This document shows positions 48,506 to 62,109 of a DNA stretch of 64,000 bases, one piece after another. The stretch comes from Squalus acanthias (taxonomy: Eukaryota): NCBI GenBank assembly GCA_030390025.1, contig CM059432.1, forward strand, positions 28,026,001 to 28,090,000. Direction: 5' to 3'. Position 1 is the stretch's first letter, and the number at the start of each line of letters is the position of its first letter. The position numbers and the translations under genes were made by a program. A model generated the notes under the pieces. That model was not told where the DNA came from. It worked only from the letters and a program-made list of their open reading frames with translations, and did not search any database.

Positions 48506-49154
48506 GGGGGACAAATTCGGTTGATTTGCGCCCAGGCGCGGCGCCGCTAACACCTCCCGCGAAATTCAGCAGGAGGTTAGCAGCAGGTGGTAACTGTTAG
48601 CGCCCTGCGGCGCTGCGCCTCCGGCGATGAGGTCATCGCCGTGCGCAGCACCCCGCTCGCACCCCGGCCGCGATCTTCGGTAGCGCCCCCTGACTTACCG
48701 CCGGACGCTATGTCCGACAGGGTCAGGGGGGCCTATCTGCGGCTGGGGCGGCGCAAATGAAAGAGGGGGTGCCGGGCAGCCATTTTTGTTGCTGGCCGTC
48801 TGCCAGCACCTGCCTCCATTGCTGTCCCTGGCCTGCGGCGCTCCGTGAGCCCGGCACTCCTCTTTTGCCGGCACTCCGATCCCTGCTGGCTCAGCTGGGC
48901 CACGGGTTGCACTGCGCTAGGCCCCTCCCCTTTAATAAGGGGAGGAAGGCCTGCAGTACCGCGGCACGTAGCGCCGTGATATTCATTCGCAGCGCTCCAA
49001 GAGGGAGGCGGAGCGCTTCCAGTAGTGCTCCACCTCCCTCTTGGGGCACTACCAGTGATTTTCGGGCGCGGGGGCGCTAACTTTTTCGGGGCACTAAAAG
49101 TAGCACTCTGGCGAAGTTAGCGCCCCAAAGGGGGGGCGACCCAATTTTGCCCCC
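48506..49154. mobile_element. Harbinger-type MITE, CpG-rich
   Basis: TIRs gggggacaaatt / aattttgccccc, TSD ATA (48503-48505, 49155-49157); gcgcc-rich subterminal motifs. Confidence 0.8.
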
Positions 49155-50432
49155 ATAGTTTCATACTGAAGGCACGTCCCACTCAATGTTCCCTTTAATA
49201 ACGGGCTTCGGGGCCCATTCAAATTTTTGAGCTTGTGCAGTTTTTCCTTTAAAAAAACCAATGAGCCAGCCTACGTGGGTCCTCCAGACTGCTGCGCAGC
49301 CGCTTAACGGGAACATTGGTCCCACTCCTTACCCTGTCTCTCTATGGAGAAGTTTCAACCAACCCTCAATTCAGGGCTCACGGACCTTTGTGGAAACCTC
49401 TGACTATAATTAAGCTAACAAAATAAAAAGACCAGGCAACCAGGGCAAGAGCTACAACTTGATGGTAGCACGCTCGCTTTGAGTCTGAGTCTGGACAAGT
49501 AATCCAGTGGCATGGACTGATAATCTAGAGAATGTGAGTTTCAGAATTTGAATTCAGTTCAAAAAAATGATCTGGGAAATAAAAAGCTGGTAGCAGTAAA
49601 AAAGTGACCATGAAGCTATAAACCTGCTGACCTATATATGACACCAACATGATTGACTCTTAACAGTCCACTTATGTGGCTTAGCAAGCTACTCAATTGT
49701 ATCAAATTCCGGGTAACTAGAGATGGGCAATAAATACTGGCCTTGCCAGAGACACCCACATCCTGAGAATGAATATAAAAAAGAATAATATATGCAAAAT
49801 TTCACTCCAATAATGTGTGAAAAATATCTTCATGTTCAGCTCACTACATGGTCTTCTGACACAGAGGAAATCTGTGTGGTTAATATATTTCGAGTCAGGA
49901 GATTGTGGGTGTACATTTTGTCACATTTGCAGTTTTAATTCGGTCTCCGACCAACTGAAGCTTCTCGCTCTCTAATATATGCTAAGGGTCTTAAGTTAAA
50001 TGAAATTGTAATACGTCTCAAAGCGGTGTTCAAAATTATTAAAATTATTTTTGTTATTATTTTTGAAATAGATTAGCGTATTGTTACCTTACCTCTGGGA
50101 CCTGGATTTAAATCCAGGTCAGACTGCTGGGTAACGACTAGATAGGTGCCAGACACAAACTAGAAGGATGCAACATTCAGTGAGCTGAAGGCAGTCTCAG
50201 CCTAATCCCCTTTTATGGGATGACAGTCTCTTCTCTCTGCACAGAACCTGCTCCTAATCCAGCACTAAATTGGCAATCTCATTCTGACCGGCCACAAGAA
50301 TGGCTGGTTTTGAACCCCCAGTATCCTAATATTATTCTTAATGTAATAATAACTTTTGAATCTAAATGGCTTGGAGTAAGAGCTATAATGGTTAACAACT
50401 CCAGAAGAAAAGCTGAATAATAAAGTTGGGAT

Positions 50433-53400
50433 AATGCAGGGGTCCCCTGTGGACATCCCCCTCTCAAACAGATATACCACTTTGGATACTGTTGGGGGGG
50501 ATGACTTATCAGGGGAAGGCAGCAGCAGCCAACTTCCTGGCACCATGGGTGGCTCTGCTGCACAGGCTGGGAGGAAAAAAGAGTGAAAGAGCTATAGTGA
50601 TAGGGGACTCAATTGTAAGGGGAATAGATAGGCGTTTCTGCGGCCGCAACCGAGACTCCAGGATGGTGTGTTGCCTCTCTGGTGCAAGGGTCAAGGACGT
50701 CTCGGAGCGGCTACAGAACATTTTGGAGGGGGAGGGCGAACAGCCAGCTGTCGTGGTGCACATAGGCACCAACGATATAGGTAAAAAAGGGGATGAGGGC
50801 CTAAAAGCAGAATATAGGGAGTTAGGAGGTAAATTAAAAATAGGACCTCAAAGGTAGTAATCTCAGGATTGCTACCAATGCCACGTGCTAGTCAGAGCAG
50901 AAATAGGAGGATATTTCAAATGAATACGTGGCTAGAGGAATGGTGCAAGGGGGAGGGATTCAAATTCCTGGGACATTGGAACCAGTTCTGGGGGAGGTGG
51001 GACCAGTACAAACCGGACGGTCTGCACCTGGGCAGGGCCGGGACCGCTGTCCTAGGGGGAGTATTTGCTAGTGCTGTTGGGGAGGGTTTAAACTAAAGTG
51101 GCAGGGGGTTGGGCACCTGAGCAGGGAGACAGAGGAAAGCGTGTTAGGAAGGGACAGAAGGTATGGAGTAAAAGGTAAAGTGTTAAAAAAGGAAAAAGCA
51201 GGAACTAAGTGTCACAAAACATATTTGAAAGTTCTTTATCTGAATGCACGTAGCATTCGTAACAAAATGGACGAGTTAACGGCACAAATAACTACATATG
51301 GGTATGATCTTGTGGCCATTACAGAAACATGGCTGCAGGGTGACAACGACAGGGAATTAAATATGCCAGGGTATTTAACAATCAGGAAGGACAGGCAGGA
51401 AGGAAGGGGAGGTGGGGTGGCTATGTTAATAAAGGAAGGAATCACTGTAATACAGAGAAATGATATTGGGTCAAAGGATCAGGATAATGAAACAGTTTGG
51501 GTGGAGATAAGGAATAATAAGGGGGAAAAAAAACACTAGTGGGAGTAGTATATAGGCCTCCTAATAGTTGCAACTCTGCTGGAAGAAGTATTAATCAGGA
51601 AATAGTTGGGGCATGTAATAAGGGAACAGCTATAATTATGGGGGATTTTAACTATCATATTAACTGGACAAATCAAATTAGGCAGGGCAGCCCTGAGGAA
51701 GAGTTTATTGAGTGTATTTGGGATAGTTTTCTTGAGCAGTATGTAACTGATCCTACAAGGGGGCAAGCAACTTTGGACCTGGTCCTGTGTAATGAGTCAG
51801 GATTCATTAATAATGTCCTAGTTAAGGATCCCCTTGGAATGAGTGACCATAACATGGTTGAATTCCATATCCAATTAGAGGGTGAGAAGGTTGGTTCTCA
51901 AACAAGCGTACTGAGCTTGAAGAAAGGAGACTATGATGGTATGAGAGCGGAATTGATTAAAGTAGACTGGGAAAATAGATTAAAGGGTAAGACGGTACAT
52001 GAGCAGTGGTGTTCATTTAAGGAGTTATTTTACAACTTTCAAAAGAAATATATTCCACTGAGGAAAAAAGGTTGTAAAAGAAATGACAGCCATCCGTGGC
52101 TAAGTAAAGAAATTAAGGATAGTATCCGAATAAAAACAAGGACATATAAGGTAGCCAAACTTAGTGGGAGGATAGAAGATTGGGAAGTCTTCAAAAGACA
52201 GCAAAAAGTAACTAAAGGATTGATTAAGAAAGGGAAGATAGATTATAAAAATAAATTAGCAAAAAATATAAAAACAGATAGCAAGAGTTTCTATAGTTAT
52301 ATAAAAAGAAAAAGGGTGGCTAAGGCAAACGTAAGTCCCTTAGAGGATGAAACCGGGAAATTAATGGTGGGAAACATGGAGATGGCAAAAATGCTGAACA
52401 AATATTTTGTTTCAGTCTTTACGGTAGAGGACACTAAGAATATCCCAACACTGGACAAACAGGGGGCTCTAGGGGGGGAGGAGCTAAATACAATTAAAAT
52501 CACTAAGGAATTGGTACTCAGTAAAATAATGGGACTCAAGGCGGATAAATCCCCTGGACCTGATGGCTTACATCCTAGGGTCTTGAGGGAAGTGGCAGTA
52601 GGGATTGTGGATGCTTTGGTAATAATTTACCAAAATTCCCTGGAATCAGCAAAGGTCCCGGCAGATTGGAAAACTGCTAATGTAACACCCGTATTTAAAA
52701 AGGGTAGTAGGCAGAAGGCTGGAAATTATAGACCAGTTAGCCTAACATCTGTGGTGGGTAAAATTTTGGAGTCTATTATTAAGGAGACAGTAACGGAACA
52801 TTTAGATAAACATAATTTAATAGGACAAAGTCAGCATGGCTTTATGAAGGGGAAGTCATGTCTGATAAATTTGCTTGAGTTCTTTGAGGACATAACGTAC
52901 AGGGTGGATAAAGGGGAACCAGTGGACGTAGTGTATTTAGACTTCCAGAAGGCATTCGACAAGGTGCCACATAAAAGATTATTGCTCAAGATAAAAAATC
53001 ACTGGATTGGGGGTAATATTCTGGCATGGGTGGAGGATTGGTTATCTAACAGGAAGCAGAGAGTTAGGATAAATGGTTCATTCTCGGACTGGCAACCAGT
53101 AGCCAGTGGTGTTCCGCAGGGGTCGGTGCTGTGTCCCCAACTCTTTACAATCTATATTAACGATTTGGAGGAGGGGACCGAGTGTAACATATCAAAGTTT
53201 GCAGATGATACAAAGATGGGAGGGAAAGTAGAGAGTGAGGAGGACATAAAAAACCTACAAGGGGATATAGACAAGCTGGGTAAGTGGGAGGAGATTTGGC
53301 AGATGCAATACAATATTGGAAAATGTGAGGTTATGCACTTTGGCAGGAAAAATCAGAGAGCAAGTTATTATCTTAATGGCGCGAAACTGGAAAGTACTGC

Positions 53401-54234
53401 AGTACAAAGGGATCTGGGGGACCTAGTGCAAGAAAATCAAAAAGTTAGTATGCAGGTGCAGCAGGTGATCAAGAAGGCCAACGGAATGTTGGCTTTTATT
53501 GCTAGGGGGATAGATTATAAAAACAGGGAGGTATTGCTGCAGTTATATAAGGTATTGGTGAGACCGCACCTGGAATACTGCGTACAGTTTTGGTGTCCAT
53601 ACTTAAGAAAAGACATACTTGCTCTCGAGGCAGTACAAAGAAGGTTCACTCGGTTAATCCCGGGAATGAGGGGGTGGACATATGAGGAGAGGTTGAGTAG
53701 ATTGGGACTCTACTCATTGGAATTCAGAAGAATGAGAGGCGATCTTATTGAAACATATAAGATTGTGAAGGGGCTTGATCGGGTGGATGCGGTAAGGATG
53801 TTCCCAAGGATGGGTGAAACTAGAACTAGGGGGCATAATCTTAGAATAAGGGGCTGCTCTTTCAAAACTGAGATGAGGAGAAACTTCTTCACTCAGAGGG
53901 TAGTAGGTCTGTGGAATTTGCTGCCCCAGGAAGCTGTGGAAGCTACATCATTAAATAAATTTAAAACAGAAATAGACAGTTTCCTAGAAGTAAAGGGAAT
54001 TAGGGGTTACGGGGAGCGGGCAGGAAATTGGACATGAGGCTGAGTTCGGATCGGTCCAGGCCCTGTGGGTGGCAGAGCGGGCCCAGGGGCTGAGTGGCCG
54101 GATCCTGCTCCTACTTCTTGTGTTCTTTAGATTTGAGGTTAGGATCAGATCAGCCATGATCTTATTGAATGGCGGAGCAGGCTCGAGGGGCCGATTGGCC
54201 TACTCCTGCTCCTATTTCTTATGTTCTTATGTTC
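50433..54234 (+). mobile_element. Young CR1 LINE: esterase (SGNH) part of ORF1, ORF2 with one frameshift, 3' UTR
   Basis: ORF1 motifs IGDSIVR, HIGTND, DGLH (50492-51096); ORF2 51141-54037 shifted in a G/A run at about 51521-51533; closely similar to 21963-25224. Confidence 0.96.
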
Positions 54235-54344
54235 TTCTTATATGTGAGGAAATGGAGAGGGAGTTTATGCCAGTTTATGGAAATGACCTTTTTGAGGTAA
54301 ACAGCTAATACCACTAGCAAAAAAAAGACCAATCACGTAAAAAT

Positions 54345-54810
54345 TAAAAAAAAAAAATCCTTGGGATGTGGGCATCGCTGGTTATGCCGGGATTTATTAC
54401 CCGCCCCTAGTTGCCCTCGAGAAGGTGATGGTGAGCCTTCTTCTTGAAACACTGCAGTCCAGTATGGTGAAGGTGCTCCCACAGTGCTGTTCAGTAGGGA
54501 GTTCCAGGATTTTGACCCAGCAAGGATGAAAGAATGGCGATATATGTCAGGATGGTGTGTGACTTGGAGGAATGTTTATACCATTCACCTGTTGCCTGGG
54601 TGGTGGAGGCCGCGTGTTTGGGAGGTTCTGCCAAAGAAGGCTTGGCAAGTTGCTGCAGTGTGTCCTGTAGACAGCATGAACTGCAGCCGTGGTATCCCAG
54701 CGGTGGAGGGAGTGGATGTTTAAGATCGTGGATGAGGTGCCGATCAAGCGGACTGTTTTGTTCTGGAGGGTGTTGAGCTTCTTGAGTGTTGTTGCAGCTC
54801 GCCTGGATGG
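54345..54810 (-). mobile_element. 3' fragment of the CR1/L2-clade LINE family seen at 31105
   Basis: Colinear similarity with 31115-31590. Confidence 0.75.
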
Positions 54811-55360
54811 GTTGTCCGCTTGATCGGCATTTCATCCACTCGCTTAAACATCCACCCCCTCCGCCACTGCTTCAGAGAAAGAGAAAGATGCAGAAGGCAA
54901 CAACCAAAATTCACCCATCATAAATTCTGCAGATTAGGGAAAATAATAGAGCGCTTTGTTTCCCTCTTAAATACCCAGGTCATTCATCAATCTGATCGCA
55001 TTAGCATGGCATCTGTGCCTCCGGGGTGGACGAACTCTGAGACACACTGAGTAATGGAGCGAGAAGGCATGTTAATTGTGCCCATTAGATTGGGCTCCAC
55101 CTCAAGGCAGGCTTTTGTGTTTCTCAATCATATTCCAAGTAATAATGTTTCTTTGAAATTATTGCATTTTCTATGAGATGTTCTATCATGAAGTAAAACA
55201 TGGCATCTTTTACCCAACAAGAGCACGTCATTCTCTAGAAAGAGCCTCCAGGCCTCAATTTATTTATTATTGTAAATCAGCACCAAACATAACTATATAT
55301 TGTAAAACACCAAACTTTAGGGAGACAATATCGCCATACAGAATGTCCTTAAAACTATAC

Positions 55361-55516
55361 AAGGTGGAGGGGGCGCTGTGGGGTTTACTCTACACTTAAC
55401 TGACCTATAGCTGAACTGGGAGTTATTGACATTATTTTGCACACAGTATCAGTGTCAAGCACGCCCAGGTCAGATATAGGTCAGTTAAGTGCAGAGTAAA
55501 CTGCCTTCTACCTTGC
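55361..55516. repeat. Imperfect palindrome (fold-back MITE-like)
   Basis: gtttactctacacttaactgacctata.ctga.ctggg (55383-55420) pairs with cccaggtcagatataggtcagttaagtgcagagtaaac (55464-55501). Confidence 0.7.
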
Positions 55517-55689
55517 CCCAACACTCGGCCCCAACCTAAGAGGACCCCCTCCCTTACTACATAATGTGCCACTTCTAGTTCCCATATTCACAATCTCTGA
55601 ATGAGACTGCCGTTCTCTAGTGGCAACCTGTGTTGCATTATGGGTAGTCTGTCACATCCCTTTGCTCATGCATTGACATTGCTCCAAAC

Positions 55690-56061
55690 TAGGGTTGCCA
55701 ACTCTGGCTGGATGTATCCCTGGAGGTTACATCACATGACCTCCCTTCCTCTCATCCCTGCCCTCCCGTTCCCGCCGTTGGTCGTGCAACACGTTCATCC
55801 TCACGATGCACCGCCTTCCCACGCCAATTGGAAAGTGAACAGACTCTTCATTTCCCGATTGGATGATTCTTGACTGTCAGTCAAACAGCCTTTTCTTTCC
55901 CATCACCAACACTCTTGTAACTAATAAAAAAAAGGGTTGAAAGAAAATCATTTTTTTAATGCCCCTATGATTTATCTCCAGGGTTGCTCCCAGCAGGGCC
56001 CTGGAGATTAATCTTCAATTCCTGAAGACTCCAGGGCAATCCTGGAGGGTTGGCAACCCTG
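55690..56061. mobile_element. hAT-type MITE
   Basis: TIRs tagggttgccaac / gttggcaaccctg, 8-bp TSD ctccaaac / ccccaaac (7 of 8 match). Confidence 0.75.
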
Positions 56062-58095
56062 CCCCAAACTCACATCAAGTAGGGCCCATGCAGCTGGCCG
56101 TGAGAGGAGACTTTCAGCCGATCAGTCTGGACTGAGTTCGTGCAAAGATCTAAGAAGTGAAAGGAAAGTGTGCACCACCCCTGGGCCCTCAAGATTTCAT
56201 TTTAAAAAACAAGTTCACTAAATGGTCAGATGCTGAAACGATGAAGCAAGAGAATCAAAACACATGTGCAAAGAAAACTACTGAACAGGCCTGAAATAAT
56301 TGAGAACAGATGAAATATCAACAGCTGGAGCTCTATTTTGGGAGGTATTTCTCATAGTCTGGTAAGGAAATGTTCTCAATTTCTATTTATTTCATTTTTC
56401 ATGACACTATTTTAAGGCTTTATTTAGATTTTTGTTTCAGTTTTCTGCAGAAGGTGGTGATTCATTCCAGAGGAAAAGTTCCATGGGTGTCACCAGGCCC
56501 CCACAGGTGGCCATTCTTCAGGTGGAAGCTATTCCACCTCTGGGGCATCACAGACCCAATCCTGTCCTCACACACACTTTCAGCAAGGATTCCTGGACAG
56601 GAAGCTTGGTTAAGTTTTGTTTTCCCCCTCTCTAGTCCAGCTGCACTTAAGTCGCATGTAGTTCTCCCACTTTTGCTAACTTGTTAACATTAACTCAGAC
56701 CGGGGATCAAACCTAGGACCTCCCTGCTCTACATGGCTCACTATTACACCGCCTGAAGCTCTTTTCCTTTGAGCCTGTTTATGCACATTGGGGTAAGTTT
56801 CCACCTACATCACATGTAATCTGGCAGAGTGGATCGCCTGGCCTATTTCCAATCAAAAATGGGTGGGTTCTATAAAGGACGGGATTATCACCCCTGCGGT
56901 GAAGACAAAAACGTACCCCATTATTTATCATTTCAGAATATAAAATTGGTAAAGAGGCCATCAGCAAAAATGATGTACAGATATGCTTCCCCCCTCCCCC
57001 CCCCACCCCGCTAAAATGATTCCTGAGCACTTTTCCCGCCAGTTCCTCTTCCCCGTCTGAAGGGTTTGATTTCTTCCTGAGGTGTAGTCGCACTGTGCTA
57101 CCACGCTCGAGCGGCCATTATCCACGTGTGAGCTTTAAAACTGAGTTAATGCAACTGCTCGGAACATCCCAACTAATTATAGCATCGCAGCCCCAGCTGA
57201 GATCTGCTAACCTGGGAATTCCCCAGTCTGTATAGTTAAGCTAGTCACGGGATCAACTCGTTGAGCCATCAGAGGAATGTTCAACATTCTGCATGAAGAC
57301 AATTCCTCTTTAAAGTCGACCAACCAAATCTCTTTTGCTAGCTCTCCTCGCCTTGTCCCTTCTTGCGCTCCCCGTTCTGGTAGAGATTCTGCATACTTTA
57401 AAAGCAGCTCGAATTTTCACAACAACACTACATATTGTTTAAAGGCAATTACCGTAGCGAGGAGATAAAACATAATCTTCCATTTATCCCAGTTAATGTA
57501 GCCGTTTTCATGCTCCACTGATCCCCAGACCCATAAATAAGTTACTCTACAACCTCAAAGGCTTATATTTATTTAAGATAAAAGCCCTTATCACCCTCTG
57601 TATCTATTTGGCAAGGCTCATTCTGCTTATGTTAAGCTGAGGCCTCAAAGGACACCTCATTCTAGTGAAAAGAATCATTAGTAACTAAAGTACTTGACTA
57701 TAACAGTCTCTGATACAGTATGATCACTGCGATAAGGTGTATGAAGGCTCCCTCTCTAACGGAGAACCCAACATAAAACTCTCCTTCCGTAATGCACCTG
57801 TCTCAATAGTGCATTATTTGGGTTACTAAGCACAAACGTTCCTGGCAACCAGAGTGATTCTCCCCCCCTCTCAACCCCCACATTATTTCTGATTTAATCA
57901 GGGAAATTAAACAGGAAGTCTGTAAGTGCTCATTGGGATAAAATTTACAATTTTGTACTCCTGGCACATATTGGAAATTCAGACACAGAAGTCAATGCGC
58001 CCCATTCATGACCTACGCAATCTTCCATCTATTAAATTTAAATGCTCTGTGCCATGAGCACCAAATTGTAAAATTTTGCACTTTATGTCAAAACT

Positions 58096-58243
58096 AAAAA
58101 CAGAAAATGCTGGAAATTCACATTAGGTCAGCCAGCATCTGAAAGTGAGTTTTGATGCAGGGTTGCAAACAGAACATGAACCTATACTTTCTCTTTCAGA
58201 TGTTGACTTGATCTGGTATACATTTCCAGCATTTTCTGTTTTT
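58096..58243. mobile_element. Old palindromic PLE-terminus remnant
   Basis: aaaaacagaaaatgctggaaat ... atttccagcattttctgttttt inverted ends resemble the PLE termini at 18828 and 20810. Confidence 0.55.
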
Positions 58244-58724
58244 TTAATTTCATTCTCGGGATGTAGGTGTTGCTGGCAAGGCTGGCATTTATTGGCCATC
58301 CCTAGTTGCCCTGAGAAGGTGGTAGTGTTTTGATACAACTGCTTGATAAAGTGGCTTGCTAGGCTACTTTAGAGGGCAGTTAAGAGTCAACTATGTCAGT
58401 ACGGGACTGGATTCACAAATAGACCAGACCGGGTAAGGATGGTAGGTCTCCTTGGCTAAAGGACGTTAGTGAACCAGTTGCGTTTTCATGACAATCTGAC
58501 AGCTTCATGGTCACTTTTACTGATACAGGGTTTTTATTTCCAGATTTTTTTTTAACTGAATTCAAATTCTCAAACTAACATAGTGGGATTCTGAACTGAC
58601 ATTCTCTGGGTTACTAGCCCAGTAACATAACCACTACACTCTCACAACCTATTTCAAGCACTACTTCCTTTCTAATAGAGAATTCATATTCAAACTAAAA
58701 ATAAAATCAATTGCATGCCTATAT

Positions 58725-59230
58725 CTATAACATGTTCTGATATAACAAACATTGCTTACAGCTCCCTCTTTAATAGAGGCCTCATATAAACCACTTGTTT
58801 TATAACGTGCATTCTCCGTAGCATGTTGTGATAATGGCTTCTGATATAATTAACATGGCTTACAGCTCCCACGCTAATAGAGACCCCACATAAGCCAATC
58901 ATTCTTTCAGGCTCGCTCTCAATAACATGTTCCATGATATAATTATCGCTGACTTAATGAACATTGCTTACAGTTCTCTCTCTATTAGAAAGCCCACATA
59001 AACTACTCGCTCTTTTCACCTCTATAACATGCTGAGATACAAAATTATGTCAAATACAATTAAAATTGCTATAGCTCCCTCTCTGATAGAAGCCCCACAC
59101 AAGCCACTCATTCTATAATGCACTTTGTCTACAATATGCTGCCACTCTACAAGTTCTGATGTGAAATAATCCCTGACAGTAATAAACATCGTTCCCAGCT
59201 CCCTCTCCACTCAAGAACATGCTTTATATC
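58725..59230. repeat. Degenerate minisatellite, about five units of roughly 100 bp
   Basis: Recurring taacatg.t....aacat.gcttacagctccc.ct..aatagaa.ccc.aca.aa.c.actc.ttc. Confidence 0.7.
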
Positions 59231-60929
59231 ACCCGTGATCTAGTAGTCCTCATTACACTCTAGCATATCAGTCTGTAGGACTGTGATAGATTATGGTATT
59301 GCATGGTAATTCTGAATATTTTTAGTAGCACTAGTCATTCTGGTCGGCTCCCAGTATTGATCGGCCCAATCTGTGATCACAGATCAAACTAAAAAGGAAA
59401 GCATAAAATGCTGGAGGAAGAATTTGTTATACAATGTCTTTCAATCCGACTGATTTTTCATCCTTTTTCTGTGACATTTTCACTATGGCCTCCACTCAGT
59501 GCCTATCCATGCTGGCAAAGCTCAGATTAGGAACTCACTGCATTTGAGGAGAAGGGATTCACAGCAAAGAGCAGCATTTAACGACTGCCCATCTCACCCC
59601 CGGTATTAACATAAATCTGCAGTGTCATGAGCGGGAATGTCAGTTTAATACTCTTTTGTGTCAATTTTCCTTGAGATACTTTCAGTTATATCAATTTGTT
59701 TTGCCTTCTTTCCAACTCCTCCGGTACCTCAACCCCTTCAGTAGTTCCCCCTTCAGTACCTGACCCAAGTGCTTTTTCTTGACATCTGAGCCAAGACTTT
59801 GGCTGGGATTTTCACCTTCTAAGCTTGCAAAGTTGTTCTTCTGCACTCATAATTGGTGGAAAATCATAGGCTGGAGAACAATGTAGAAAATCCTCGCCAT
59901 TGAGTGTTGGCAGGCTATTTGACCATAGGGAGCCGAGCAGCTTGGCCCCATTCTGTCCTCAGCTGACATTCACTTTCCATCAGGGTTCACTAGATAACAA
60001 TCAGGAATGGGAGCTCTGGCAAATTCCCTGAATCAATGGTACTGAGGTAAATTGTAGCACCCCTCCCCCACCCTTCCCCCCCACCCCCAACCACTTCTGC
60101 TGCTGATGTGGTCAGCATAGGACTAAACCCAAGAATCTCCTTGCTCAGTACCATACCAGACAGTGTTTACAGCCACTGACATATCAACAAGAACTTGTAT
60201 TTATATAGTTAGTGCCTTTAACGTAGTAAAACGTCCCAAGGTGCTTCACAGAAGCGTTATAAAATTTGACACTGAGCCACATAAGGAGCGTCTTAAAGGA
60301 GGAAAGAGGATATTAAAGGAACTGACTATTTGTTTTTCTTTTTATACTCATCAAAGTAAAGAATATCAATGCTGTGGAAATTGAACATTTTTCTACTTCT
60401 TGCACCCAGTGTCAGCAACAAACACTCCGAGGCCAGCTGCAGAATGGGTTAGAAACAGAGTAAAGCTCCCTTATATACTGTTCCAACAATGTGCAGCAAG
60501 CTGAATTTTCCATTCCTCACACCACCTATTCTTATGGCTTCTCCTATGGCCAAGTTCTGAGTTTACCAGTTTGAGGCCGGTGGTACCTGTTTTAGAACAA
60601 TATTTCTGGTTCTGCATCACTCCCTAGTCAGGCATCTCTGCTCCCATGCTCCAGCACAGGGCTTTGCTCACAGGTACCCAGATATGGGTATATCTTTGAT
60701 AGTGTAGAAGTGATGGAGCAGTTGGCTCTTTGTTAATACTAAAATGCTTAAATGGAAGTGCTGCCTGAGCTGTACGACAGCAAGTGAGAAATCATGGCGT
60801 TATGAGACCATCTCCTGCTTACCAGTCAGTTCAGCGAATTTCACTCACTAATTGCAGTACAGGTTTTGTGTCAAAGTAACGTGAAAATTCATTGCATCAA
60901 CATAAAATCTGCATGGAGAAAGGGGAACA

Positions 60930-61212
60930 ATCCCAGCTTCTCCAGTCTCTCCACATAACTGAAGTTCCTCATTCCTGGTACCATTCTAGTAAATCTCCTC
61001 TGCATCCTCTCCAAGGCCTTGACATCCTTCCTAAAATGTAGTGCCCAGAATTAGACACAATACTCCAGCTGAGGCCTAACTAGTGATTTATAAAGCTTCA
61101 GCATAACGTCCCTGCTTTTGTACTCTATGCCTCTATTTATAAAGCCAAGGATCCCGTATGCTTTCTAACAACCTTAGCAACTTGTCCTACCGCCTTCAAA
61201 GATTTGTGTATG
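60930..61212 (-). mobile_element. CR1 RT C-terminal fragment
   Basis: Similar to 26560-26790 (LEYCV.FWA...KDVKALE). Confidence 0.75.
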
Positions 61213-62109
61213 TGAAATTTGTTTTTAATTGCTCAGTTAACAAAATGTATTTTCTGTGGCACTTCAACAAAGCAACAATTTGTCTTGATATCAAAGTCTA
61301 TAACGTAGACAAATGCCCAAAGTTGCTTCGTGTAAATAAAGGGAAAACAATATGAACTTAGCCTAGACTGAGGCCTGAGACTCTCCCCTTTCTGTTGGCT
61401 GTTATGACTGCTATGTGATATGAGTCTGGCCTTACTTTGCTATAACAATTTGAGCAGCTTCGTGTTGTGGGCCTATACTGACTAGGAACTGGTTTAAGAA
61501 TGCCCTAGAACTATTACACATGGTCCAGAGAGAGTTGGAGAAAGGAGATTTTTATCCCATCAGTCTGCATTGGATTAAAACCCAGGTCCCAACATTCTCC
61601 TACTATTCTTTCCTTTTAAAATCGTATAACCTGGCAATGGGTGAAAGAAATCTAATTAACTTTCAGACTGTCAGCAGGTCCAGGGAAACTCATGTCTCCC
61701 TGCGCTGACTTCACACTATGATACCAAGACAAATGGTAAATATTGCAGTAATGAGGCTACTTGCATATTAGGAGATTAATGTTGTAATATTAATCCTAAA
61801 CTACTTTAATTTAAAACACTATTGGCTCAGCCTGTCATCACCTTTCACTCCATTCATTCACATTCTCCAGCTGCTTGGATATTATTTTCTTAATTTTACG
61901 GCTGAAATGTTATTTTAATTATTTATTCATTCACGGGATGAGGGTGTCGCTGGCAAGGCCACTTCAATTTTGGTTTGGGGTCTGCGCAGACACTAACGTG
62001 GCAGTATAACTCAAGAGTCAGGCCCCAATCTGACTCCCAAGAATACCAAAGCTGAGTGGTGTGAGGCCCACTCCACACCAGGTGTTGTATAACTCAAATC
62101 TAGTGTGAA

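Noticed and set aside
48506..49154. CpG-island promoter
   Set aside because: The CpG-rich block is exactly bounded by TIRs and a TSD, so it is a MITE.
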